In this document: piece after piece, positions 27,568 through 39,700 of the stretch
Numbering within the stretch: position 1 is the stretch's first letter
How the letters are laid out: every line of letters starts with the position of its first letter
Origin: Paragordius varius
Taxonomy: Eukaryota; Animalia; Nematomorpha
Length of the DNA stretch: 64,000 nucleotides
Direction: 5' to 3'
Assembly (NCBI GenBank): GCA_964247055.1
Contig: OZ176050.1
Location: 14,136,001 to 14,200,000, forward strand
Program-made: the position numbers and the translations under genes
Notes under the pieces: model-generated
Databases searched by the model: none
Told to the model about the DNA's origin: nothing
What the model saw: only the letters and a program-made list of their open reading frames with translations

Positions 27568-28886
27568 GATAAATGGCATATCTATGAAAAAATTGGTTTT
27601 GTGGACAGATGGGTGTCCCTCTATCATTGGAATAAAAAAGATTTATTTCCCTTTTGAAAAACAAATATAATTTGCAAAATATTTTAACCCTTTACTGGTT
27701 TATCCATCAGCAACTTGGTTTCGCGTATAAAAGATGAATCACTCAATCCAGTAATTAAAACGGTTGTGGATATAGTTAATCACATCCGTGGCCAAGAATT
27801 CAACGGCCGTATATTTAACAACCATCTGAAATCACAGTGAATTTGACCATTTGTACACCGCTGTGCGATGGCTTAGCCTTACCAAAGTATTAAATAGATT
27901 TTTTGTTTTAAGGCATGAAATTCTATTATTTATAAATTATAACAGAAGGTTTGACGAGTAAATTAATAGTGACAAACAGTGGATTTTATTAGCCTACCTT
28001 TGCGACATTACCGCGGCGGTTATCATTTAACATTTTTATTTAATGAGATAAAATTTAGAATTAAGAAATATTAAAAATTGCTTAAAACTCGTTGAAAATC
28101 CATGGCATATGGATATATCCAATATTAAGCAACTTGAGCATTTCGGTTTTAACAGGCGCATATCATTGAAGAATTCATAGATCTCAAAAATGATTTCAGG
28201 AGGCTATATTCAAGGGAAATTGTGGGGAAGAAAGATATGTAGAGTTTTGGCAAGATGTGCCAAATAAATGTGAGAATTTAAGAAAATGTGCTCCACTTAT
28301 CTTAACTGTTTTTCCTTAAACTTACACGTATGGGCGGCATATTTAAAAATGAAGTATGTCAAGAATACATAAGGAAATCACTTAATCGATGATCATATAC
28401 CACGTATTAAGATTGGCCTGTCATGAGGCGAAACCAAATTCGTCAAAAATTATTGGTTAACATCAAAATAAATGTTAATAAAATATTTTAATTTTTTAAA
28501 TGGTGCGAAACGAGTTTTTAGCTGATTTACATGCGATCCGCAAAAAATTAATTATGCTGATGAGTATTATGCATATGTGTCAAATAGCTATGGAACATTT
28601 GCCATTGGTTCATGGCCCTCAAAAAATAATATATTTTATTTGGCTTGTCAAATTTTTTTGGTGAGTACCACTGATTTTATTTATATATTGAAAATATCAA
28701 AATGATAAATACCATTATATCTCAACTTTTATCATTTTGATCTATCCTTAATTTCACTTTTTTGCCTGATTTCGATTTTCTCTCAATATTTCAAAAACTA
28801 AATCGTAAACAAATAATAATTCGCAAATGAATACTCTGGTCATAAGCTATCTCATGAAAAAAAAGTAACCTCTTTTTTTGCACACA

Positions 28887-28887
<1 letters not shown>

Positions 28888-28927
<40 letters not shown>
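28888..28927. repeat. (TA)n microsatellite (others at ~18207-18232 and ~62171-62192)
   Basis: Seen directly. Confidence 0.95.
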
Positions 28928-29098
28928 AATTTCCAATATAAGCTCTCGAAACCGGAAACATACTCAACATATTACAAACCTATTGTACACATAAGAATTA
29001 CAAATATCAAAATGACATCTTAAATAAAATTAGTTTATATAAACAGTGTTATGATAAGGAAGTATATTTGTATTTTATTTAACTCGATAATATTTCAG

Positions 29099-29283
29099 AG
29101 ATTACGCGTGAAGCCGATTCGTACATTATAAAAAACAAGACAGTAACCCATCATCCTGCGCATCCAGCCGGGATAACTGTTGGAACGGCTCATGATCATC
29201 CCTATATGCCAACTTATAATGTAACATTAAAAGATATCAACACTGCTGTAACTTTAACGGTATATAAATTGCCTCTTGTCTAG
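29099..29283 (+). CDS. Secreted-protein gene A, exon 3 (E-ITREADSYIIKNKTVTHHPAHPAGITVGTAHDHPYMPTYNVTLKDINTAVTLT; then VYKLPLV* if unspliced, or a 24-nt intron at 29260-29283)
   Basis: Acceptor tatttcAG|, phase 1, open frame; indel-free paralog over 53 codons at 51343-51501. Confidence 0.8.
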
Positions 29284-29364
29284 CATCTTTACATAAATTT
29301 TATTATTATAATTATTATGAGTGTAAATGAAAATTATACTGATCAAACTTTGGAAAAACTATAA
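29284..29364 (+). CDS. Gene A, possible exon 4 (HLYINFIIIIIMSVNENYTDQTLEKL*)
   Basis: Requires a 24-nt GT-AG intron. Copy B reads HLDYYYYYYSKNGNYTNQTSKKLQGE* in the same frame after a 28-nt GT-AG segment. Confidence 0.35.
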   Translation, partial: HLYINFIIIIIMSVNENYTDQTLEKL

Positions 29365-31046
29365 AGGTAGTAAAAACCATACTTTTAAACCAGAGTCACC
29401 AAAAATTTTTTAAGGAACCAAAAAAATATTTTTAATTAATAGCCTTTCGACACATTTGCAGATATTTATACTGAAAATAAGCACTTCAGGGCCATAAATA
29501 AGCACTTTTAAGGCCATGTGGCCCGTGGGCCGGGGTTTAAGTATCACTGCTCTTAACCTTAATACATTTCTACATAAACTATATAATTTTAATATATTAT
29601 ACAAATGGATTTGTACCAACAACATATCTCATAGACCAAAAACGATGATTGTTTAAGCAAATCAAGTTTTTCTTAATAGAAATCTATAATCAATACTTAT
29701 TTCGTTTTGTCCTTATAATCTATTTTTACTACTCTTAAGAAGCTTGTTGATAAGCAACTCATAAATTATTGTTTTCCGTTAAGCAGAATTTTAAGTTATT
29801 GTATTATAAACTTAGTCGGATCGTAATAGATAACACATTTTTTTTAGGAATAAGCTAATAATCCACACATTTAATATATGGGCTCTCCAAAAATCTATTT
29901 TTTGATACATTCTGCACATTTGGAATGTGTTCTTACTCGGAGTTTATCAATATATATTTGCATATCTACGATTAAATAGCGACGCTAATCGGTTTCATTA
30001 AAAAACTTTAACTGTAAATTTAAAATTTGATTCTGTTTATTAATAAAACGCCTTAATACAAGACATTCAAGCGTATCGAAATTATACCTTCTGGCGCAAC
30101 AATAGAGACAAGTTGTATCAAATAGTATTTAACTTAGAACCAGACATTATAATTAAGAGTTAATATCTTTTTTAGCAATTTGAGATTGAATTTTATCTGT
30201 TATATTTGTCATACCACAGTCCCTCGGCCCTTTAAAGGCTTTTAGAACCATAATATAGAAAATTTATAGCTTAATTTTTTACAGTTAAAAGGGGAAAAAT
30301 ATCTTAATAACTAACATTATTTTTTAAATTTTATTCTAATTAGACTACTAAATGCACTGGAAAATTTACTCTGTACTACTTCCCGTAAGTTATCATATCT
30401 CAATCGATAATAATTGTTATATTATATATTATCTGATATTTTAGATATGGCATTAGTTAAATTAAGCAAAGAATACGGGGCTTATATCAAGAGAACACAA
30501 TATTACATTATATTAAACATAAATAAATAAAAATTATTATTGAAATCACCATATCTATATAATTGACACAATTTATGTTATATTTAAAATTTGTCCGATA
30601 GTGCTCGTAATGAATAAATAAAATTTTAGGAAAACAAAAAAAAATTTTTTCACCAAAATAATTTCTCATAATTTCCGATAATGGCAATGAACTAAAGCCA
30701 AAAAATGAAAAAATAAATTTTTAGACTTTTGGATATAAAATTGTAATGCCCATGTATTTTTTAAAAGGTGGCGTACCAAAAATTTTGATCTAAAAATGTA
30801 GCCCAGTGAGCCATTTGTGTTGAACCCTCTAATCTATCTGTTTCTATCGAATTAATAACTACTAGTTGGTTTTGTTGGACATGTTACAGTGTGTTTCGCG
30901 TATAGAGTGTTGTACTTGTCAAACCCTTTAACCCATTTTATGGGGAAGAAATTTAATATTATACGCTTATAGCTTTCTAAGTTTTGAGAATGACATTGCT
31001 GTTTTTATCGTTACTAATAAAGAAGGCGGTGGTTAAGGCATGTGCC

Positions 31047-31446
31047 CAGTGGCTTAACGAGCATTTGCGGCGCCCGGGGCATAAGACTTTTATGCCCCCC
31101 CCCCCCCCCCCCCCCCTTTTTTTTTTAAAAGCCAATAAAACAATTTAGTAAAAAAATACAAACGTTGTAACCTAAACACCATAGATAAGACAGCACAGTC
31201 ATATAAATTTTGAATCTATTAAATATATAAATTTATATGATACTAAATTTATTCATTGGTACTAATTAGGTGAATAATAGAGTATATATTATAGGGATTA
31301 TTACCTAAATTGCTGAAAAATCTTATTTGAAAGTTCTTATTATTTTTGCTTAATTAAAATTTAATTTTAAAAATTATTTTGGCGCCCCTAAATAACGGCG
31401 CCCGGGGCATGATGCACCCCCTTGACCCTCCCTCGGTACGCCCCTG
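31047..31446 (+). mobile_element. hAT MITE, deletion derivative of the family at 53906-56058
   Basis: CAGTGGCTTAAC...GTACGCCCCTG; TSD CATGTGCC / CATATGCC (7 of 8); GGCGCCCGGGGCA subterminal motif at both ends; both end regions match 53906-54010 and 55940-56050. Confidence 0.85.
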
Positions 31447-31779
31447 CATATGCCTACCCTTCAGAAGGACCAATTGAATATGTATTTCTTTTTCGACAGT
31501 TTTAATGAAAGCATTTAACCAACCAACGCCTTAGAGAAGCATTTACCAACCATTTACCTACTTTTATCTGATTCCTTCCCATTACATCATCATTCTCAAG
31601 AAAATCATCATTTAACTAAAAAATAATTATCCATAAATTACTTTTTCTAACAATATTTTCCAACCTATAAAATATCATTCATCATCCAAAATACAACTCA
31701 TTTTTTCCTCATATCCTTCATCACAAACTTATCCATTGCTAACCATCCTCCCTCATTTTCCACATCATCTAAACCAATC

Positions 31780-34490
31780 AAATTCAGACAGCTGTTTCAA
31801 ATAAAATTAACTCCAGCAATTTGTCTTTATGTATTGGTACATAATTTACGCACTAACATAATCGAAGTTATTATAAAAAATGGGAAACTTGACATCAGTG
31901 TAATAGGGATAGCAGAATCCCACATTTCATTAAACAGTCACATATAATATGAAAATCACATCCTATTATACTCAGTATACGATACCCTTAAGCGAAACGG
32001 AGTGTATAGTGACCATATCACTTGCCAACTCATCTGAAATTCACCATATACACAGTGCTTATAATATCACGATTGAACTCCTCTCCACAACCAATAACGA
32101 TATTCCAAATCTATGCCCCTATTAACTCTAACAACGAAGACTCCAAACAATTTTACGAAACCCCCAGCTCAGCTATGAAGAAAGTTCCCCATAAAGACAT
32201 GATATTTGGATTGGGCAACTTTAACGCGATAGTAGGTAATGATAATACACACCAAATCACTGGTGGGAAAGGACTGAGAAGCCAAAAGATAAAGGCTACC
32301 GCCTCATAAAATTTTGCAGCGACATAAATTCTTCATCTCAACCTTTTTTCCAACAACCTAAGAGAAGGCTATACACATGGACCTCATCTTGCAAGAGGCA
32401 CACAAACCAAATCGACTTTATTATCGGTAAAATACAAATCTTCATTTATAAACGTAAACCTACACTTCCGACTCTTATTCTTATCATAAACTCCTTGTAG
32501 CTAAACTTAAAATTAAACTAGTACTCTCACGCAAACCAAAATTTCCTAAATTACTTTTTTCCGCGTTCCCCGAGTTTTCTCTGCTAATATAAAACAGATT
32601 CAAAACACTAGAAATTGACGATACTGAAAATCTTTAAACAATACAAAATATCACTAGAACCACAGCCAGAGAATGCATCCCTATCCAAAAATCCCATTAT
32701 AACAAAATTAAGCTATCACAAAAATGTTTAGATTTAGCGGACAAACGGTGCCAAGCAAAATGCATATTAATACGGCAGAGTACAAATCACCTAACGTAGA
32801 GTTCCAAAAAAGCGCCGGATGACAAAAAAGATCACTATAATCAGCTGTGCTCAAAATTAAAAAACGCTGCTAAATATAACAACAATTACTTTTCTGAAGT
32901 TGATCACATTGAACCACGTAACTCTGAAAGCTACAAAGGCCCAATGAGAAAGGAAGATGGAGATATCATTACAGACAAAAAAACACTGATGTAACAAAGA
33001 GAATTATATTATTAAAACTATACGGCACCAACCCATCAAACGCCGATAAAACAGTAATATCTATCAACATGACCCGCAAATCATCAAATAAGAAGTTGGG
33101 CGCTCAGCCGTTCCCCAAACAACAATCGGAGGCGTACAACGATATCCCAACCCAACTCTTTCGTTTTATCCCAATTCATATCCTAACTAATTTATTCAAA
33201 AAGATATTTGCTCACGCTTCATTCCCCCAAGATTGGTGCAAATCAATACTTTTCCCCATCCTAAAAAGATTCTAAATCATTTAACAACTACAGAACTAAA
33301 GCGCTAATCAACCAAGCCTCATTTTTCTCAAAATGATTCACCGTATCCAAAGTATGATTGAAGCCGAACTTTCTAACACCCAAGCGGAATTTAGAACCAA
33401 TCGCGCAAGCAGGGAGCTGGATATTTGAAAAACAAATCGAATTTCAGAAAAAAACCCATATCTGCTTTATTGATTTTTCAAAGGCCTTCGACAATGTGGA
33501 AAGCACCATCTCAGGTTGAAGTATCAGATCATATTATAAACATTGAATCCCTTTACTCCGATTCATCAACCATAAAAACCCCACACTGCATAAGTAATTG
33601 GATACGAATGAACAATGAGTTACGACAGGGATGCGTCCTCTCACCAACTCTTTTTAACGTTTGCATAGAAATTATATTAAAAAATATAGATAAAGCTAAT
33701 GGCATAAGCATCGCCGGCAATATCATATCACTTCATTATGCTGACGACACTGTACTGCTGTCAAAATCAGTGGACAACCTAAAAAATCTCTTGAAATATC
33801 AACTGTAAGCCAAATATTCGGTCTGATGATCAACTACAAAAAATCTAAAATTATGAATATAAACGCTCAAAATCATTACAACATTTTATCCTTTGACAAC
33901 CAAAAAACGAAGTAGTCTCCTAATACATTTATTGGCAGTCTTATCAATACGATTAACAACAGCACCCCGACATCAAAAGAAAAATAGGAATCGGGAAATC
34001 AAAAATGATGAAATATAAACTATGGTCCATGACATCAAACTTAAAACAAAAATCCGATTAGATAAATCCCTAATATTCCCTAGTATGCTATATGCGTCAA
34101 AAAGTTGGACAATTACAAAGGATGAGAAAAGTTATAACGCCTTCGAAATGTGGTGCTGGCGAAAGATATAACAAATCACCTGGAAACAAAATAAAGAACA
34201 CCGTAATCCTTGACAAAATAAATCCCGAGATAGACCCGATCGTACGTGCTTCAAAAGGAAATTATTATACTTTGGTCACATTATTAGAGCTAATGAATTG
34301 GTATTCCAACTAATGACAGGCAAGGTCAAAGGATCCAGGAAACGTGGGCGCTGCAAGATGCGCTGGATCAAAAAGCTAACCAAAGAAACCAATTTCTCTT
34401 AACAACAGCTAACAGCACTCGATTACAATTAAATAAACGGAGAAAAGATACCTTCGAAAAAGCGACAACGATCTTTGCTATAATAATAAT
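31780..34490 (+). mobile_element. RTE-clade (BovB-like) LINE, near full length, decayed
   Basis: APE: QIYAPINS..GNFNAIVG..QPKRRLYTWTS..NQIDFII; RT: LRQGCVLSPTLFN..HYADDTVLL; C-terminus AFEMWCWRK..LYFGHIIR..RGRCKMRW; short (ATA)n tail ~34480. Confidence 0.9.
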
Positions 34491-35599
34491 ATTTGCGTCT
34501 AAGGTTGTATTTGTTTTTAATTTTATCGCGTAAAATATGATATAAATAATTCAGGAATATCATTGGATAAAGAATAGATTCTACAAAGCTCATTGCAACT
34601 TATAGAAAGTAGATCGTAGTAAAAATTTAATTTTGTAAAATATTTTCTCCACATAATTTTCTAAAGCGAGTCCACGCATTGATTTATGCCGAATAATAAA
34701 TTCTGCGTTGTTGTAATTGATTTTTCGACACTAAAGTTTCTATTATATATAACTCATCAATTTGAGCCAATAAAAGAGATTTTATTCATTATATTTTCAT
34801 ATTCCCCTAATTCATTAAAAAACAACAGTGATAAATTTGGACATTTTTGAGCAGTACCACTAATTATGACTAGTTTCAGTGTTCAAAAACTGAATCTATA
34901 AAAAATTTTATCCCCCAATCAGAAAAAAATATTGTGGCTTTTTAAATTTTTCAAAAACAAGAGAAAGAGAGAAAATCAAATATAACTTTATAAAAATTTA
35001 GGTTTTTTTATAAGTTATTTTATAAATTTATATTAAAAAAAATACTAAAAAAGGTATCCTATGGTTTAAATCTTCGGCTTTCGATAGGCTATATTTATTT
35101 TAGTTTTTGTTAAATAGTATTAGGGTTTTCTTCGGTTGATTCTTAAAAAAATCTTACTTATACCTAGTGAATATTTTTAATTTATAAAATGATTGGCTGC
35201 GTTTTTATTTGAATTTCAGATGGATGTTGGGCAACCTAGTTTTATTACTTTGTTTATGGAATATACTACCATAATTTTATGAAATGCAATAATATTTGCA
35301 TTTATCTAATCTTCTTATCTGATAACATGGTCAAATCTGTTTAACTTAATTCTGTGCAATGGTTAATTTGACATGTCAATTTTAGATTTTGCTGAGGTTA
35401 ACTACTTTATATTGGTCTCTCCTACCAGGCTTTGATCACCTCATTCTTGTGTGCCATATCTGGCATAATTATAGGATTGCCTGGAGGATTATGGCAGAGC
35501 TTGTGTAAGCCCCCGGGATATCATACCAGACACCACACATTAGCCCTTTTCAATTTTAATATTTTTGATTTTCAATCGGGACCAATTAACGGCTAATAT

Positions 35600-36675
35600 A
35601 AATAAACTCACTATTTAAATTTTTTCATGGTTAAGGGTAATATTTTAAGCACCTCTTAATATGGCCTGAGGGGTTTTTTAAAATTTAGCCCCAAAGGCAG
35701 GCTATTTCGATATGACGGGGTTGTTTTTAGCGGGTGTCTCCTCACCCAGCAGCCAATATAAAAAAATGCACGACTAATATTTTTTTCTTATAACGAGGAA
35801 TACCTGGAATCCTCATTAATATTTTACTGTCTCATACCTTGGGAGAAAAATAGATTTAAAAATTGGGGACATAGTTTTTTTCAAAAAAATGACATTTTAC
35901 GGGGGGAGCGGGTAAAAAGAGGACCTAAATTAAAAAAGCAAGCCGACTATGTTCGGCGCAATCAAAATTAGTAAAATAACATTAAAATTGATTGTCCTGC
36001 ACGTTCTCCCGGTTGTCTCAAAGACACGATTTTTGTGGACCTCTGTATTAAAAAAAACCGTTTTTCACACGGGATCCCTAACTGAAGGTTTATTTCAAAA
36101 AAAGGGCAAACCTATTGTCGGGACATTCATTAATAATTATATTTGCTTGGATTTGAATGGGTTCACAGGTTTTCCGACAGATCACAAATCCCCATAACGG
36201 ATCTGTTTTTAGCAAATAGCTCCTTACTTAGCTACTATCATCAAAGAATCGATTGACTAAAATTTTTTCCTTTTAACAGGAAAAACGTGGAATCCTTATT
36301 AAATTTTTACGGTCTCATACCCCGGACGAAAAATAGATTTAAAAAATCATTTTTGTGGACATTGTTTTTTAATAAAATGGCATTTTACTGGGGGATCGGA
36401 TAAAAAGAGGGCCTAAATTCAAAGAACAAGCCGACTATGTTCGGCGCAATCAAAAAAGTAAAAAACATTATATTTAAAATCGAATGGTGCAACACGTTTT
36501 TCGGGACTTATGTTTTCAAAAAACCCGTTTTTACAATGTTTGGGCCCGAACTGGGGGTCTAATGCAAAAAAAGGGCAAATATTCTCAGGGCAATAATTAT
36601 ATTTTTCGATATTTTGACTTGAAGGGGTCTACCGGTTTCCTGGAAACAGATCACAAAGCTAGCATTTTCCATTTT
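35600..36675 (-). mobile_element. Helitron-family copy with two internal units, termini eroded
   Basis: 35830-36190 and 36320-36670 match the internal unit of 24771-25847. Confidence 0.7.
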
Positions 36676-36711
36676 TTGGTGATATTGTTTACGCTGAAGT
36701 GTATATTATTA

Positions 36712-39700
36712 CACTGTGCAACAAAATATGGGGTCAATTTTCTGGACTCGATTTTCTAAATATTTTCTGATTCCTTATAATATTGTGATCAGATTTGCGC
36801 AAAAAATTTTTTTACTTACCCAGCTCGTTTTCGAGATATGAGACTTTTTCCATATTTGGACATATCCAAAATTTTCTTGTTTGTAAATATTTTTCGCTAT
36901 GTAAACAAATAATATGTGGCTTCTAAGTATTTTTACAAAAAATTACCAATTTATCTTCAAAATAATAAAAATTACTCAAAATATCCAATACTTTTTGTTT
37001 TAGGGGGCAAAAACCCTCAAAAATTGGGCAACTTAACATTTTTTCACACAAATATTTTTATCAATTTATTAAATCAAAAAAAACTTTATTATATGTTCTT
37101 GGATGTTAATAATGTTTGTTTAAGTATAAATATTACTCTGTAATAGCTTTGTGGACTTTTATTTTAAAAAATAAATTTAATTTTTACATCTTTTTTGCTG
37201 TTTTTTTTTATGTAAAAAAAGCTAAATTTTACTCAGCGGCATATAATATATTCTTTATTTCATATGATATTTTTAAATATTTCCCACACTTAAATATACT
37301 CCATATCAGTTTTTTCATCAAGAATATATTATTATATACCCAAAATGTATAAAAAATATGATTAATACCCAAGTATATATATATTTATAAATTTAGGATG
37401 GATAAAAATATTGTTTGCCACATATGTGGACAATACACAAAAAACTAATAGTATATACATTACCACTTACATAAAAAACTATTTTTTTAATTATGGGGAA
37501 CCTAGATTTGGGGCCCGAACACCGTATCTCGGACATGTAGCATTAGTTTAGGAGCATGGTACCACAAAACCGGACCTGGACTCCCTTGGGGTATCCCTAT
37601 GAAATGGCGAGAGGCAAAATCTCATTCTGAATGTTACTTTTGTGCAGTTTCAAAACCATTTCTTATTAATATTTCCAAAAAAACAAAAAACCTATCGAAT
37701 ATCCAAACTTTTCCTGTGCAATTCGTCCTGTTTATCATTCCATTGACCTTCCCGTACCTCCATCTCCAACCATTCATATTAATTTATTTGATATGATGGA
37801 TGATACTGATTTGGAATTTTATCAACAAGATATAAAGGACACTAATAAATTAAGTGGCACTGAGGTGATGTCCCTAATCAAAAAATTGCATCTCTCAAAA
37901 CGGTATTTTTAGAAAAAATAAAGATTTACGCATTTTATAATTTATTTTAATTTACTTAAGCTGAAAGGCGTTAAATATATAAGTTAAATTTTGTATTTAT
38001 CTTTGAATAAGCCAGACATTTTTTTAATATATTATTATATTAGGTCGTCCGAACTTATGGTGATGACTCTTAATCGAAAGAATTTAATTGACATCAACAT
38101 AACTAGTTTTCGGAATAGAGGAATAAATTTCCGAAAATATTTTTCCGAAAACAGTTATTTATGTTGGTGTCGTGATGTGATTGGCTTAATGAAGGAAATG
38201 AATTATCCATAGGATTCATCATAATGGGTATTATTTCTAGACGCTTCTCAGGTATATAATATTTTACATCTTTAGGAAAGTTTTGAAGGTATTTTTATTA
38301 AACCGTGCCGGAGAGCACAGGCCAATATTAATCGCATTCAGCCGAGTTTATAGGGAGGCTTATGATATTTTTTAAAACATTTTGGAACTACTGCGATACA
38401 ACTTTCATTATTGGCATGTAACAGGGGATTATAAAGTTCTTAAAATTCTAATATTTTAATAGGTCATGGGACTGCTCTACGGTATACAGAAAGGATTTCC
38501 CAAATTTTGCCCTTTGTGTGAGTGGGACTCGCGTGACACCGAGAAACACTACACACAAAAAAATTGGCCCGTAAGAACTTATGAAGTTGGGCCCAAGAAT
38601 CAGACAAATTCTCCATTAATATCGGGTAACAAATTTGTTTTGCCGCCATTGCGCACGCTGCTTGGATTGGCCAAAACATTTTTGTGCAGTCTTGATAAAA
38701 AAGGCGAAGCTTGGGCCCATTACTTCAGGAAGTTCAGGATGACGCCTGCCAAAATTAACGCCGCAGTTTTGATAGGGCCGCAGGTATTATACATTTAATT
38801 TTAGGTTACGAATCTTTTCAATGATGTGGCATTTGAATCTAAAATGCAACCCAAAGAAAAAGCGGCATGGGTTGCATTGCGAACTTTTTCTCAAAATTTT
38901 TTGGGAAATACATAAAATAACAAATACGTGGAATTAGGCAATCGTTTAATCGATTCTTTCTATAGGATGGGTATGTATATTATAATACATTTGTTTTTAA
39001 ACATTTATATTAATATTTTTCCTATAGGATGCCGCATGAGTCTAAAGCTCCATATGGTGGATTCCCATCTATGTTTTTTTCCAAATGCAATTAGTGACCA
39101 GAGAAAAAGGTCATCAACTTTTGAAACCCTTCGAAAAAACCTATCGAAACAATATAAATTTAATTTGCGATTATATATATATGAATAAATAAATGATTAT
39201 TTTATTTTTTCTACACCTAATTTACTTTATTTAAAATCTAGATTAGATTATCCGTGTCTTAAAATCTTTTGACCAAAATATATTAAAAATATTCACTCTA
39301 ATAACTGATTATAATTAGGATTTGCATATAGTTCAATATATTATGATGAAATCATTTATTAATGGTATTATATTTTATTTAAACGTTTGATATGGCATAT
39401 TCTCCAATTTTCTCTGCACAGTCGTCCATATTGAAAGCTAATCTATTAGCTGATATGATATAGAAATTGTTGCGATTGGGTACTTTGTCATGGTAATATA
39501 ACTACCTGCAAATCGATATATTGTTTTTATAAGAATGTATGAAAGAAATCAATAAAATACTTTTATATGGCAGACGCCAAAATCGAATTGCTAAATAATT
39601 TTAAATACTTGGGCGATGTCATACATTGCCTAGGTAGAATAAACCAATCAGTTAAATATAGATCCCAACAGGCTGGGGTAAAATATCATTAACTTAAATT

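Larger units (their letters stand above)
23651..28673 (+). mobile_element. hAT (Charlie/SPIN-like) transposon, decayed and interrupted
   Basis: Termini TAGTGATACTCAC / GTGAGTACCACTG; perfect 8-bp TSD ATTTTATT (23643-23650, 28674-28681); GCGGCCCGCGGGCCGCATGCGGCCC subterminal motif; remnants TDGCPSIIG, KTVVDIVNHIRG, HTAVRWLSLTKVLNRFF, LLAYLCDI. Confidence 0.9.
22845..28890. mobile_element. Palindromic ~1-kb non-autonomous DNA element, split by the nested hAT insertions
   Basis: 22860-23070 is the reverse complement of 28680-28870 (TTTCATGAGATAGCTTATGA / TCATAAGCTATCTCATGAAA). Inner inverted pair TTTTTTTGTCATCTGGTTAT (~23285) / ATAACCAGATGACAAAAAAA (~23452). TA-rich flanks. Confidence 0.75.
15700..30200 (+). 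repeat. Segmental duplication block A, collinear with 45000-52370
   Basis: Same-order, same-strand matches: 15780-16330/45080-45670, 16950-17260/46410-46700, 17620-18190/46960-47500, 19190-19235/49455-49500, 21290-21430/49545-49700, 21585-21710/50480-50580, 29099-30150/51341-52340. TE insertions differ between the copies. Confidence 0.9.

Noticed and set aside
29870-30000. Conserved patch downstream of genes A and B (vs 52090-52190) as a coding exon
   Set aside because: The two copies differ by a frame-changing indel; it is just part of the duplicated block.
35450-35490. Minus-strand CCAGGCAATCC..TATGCCA match to gene B exon 3, suggesting a third inverted paralog
   Set aside because: Similarity does not extend beyond two short words.
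24950-36759. ORFs in Helitron copies (24950, 25101, 35949, 36484; also 19238)
   Set aside because: Frames differ among homologous copies and there are no Rep or helicase motifs.
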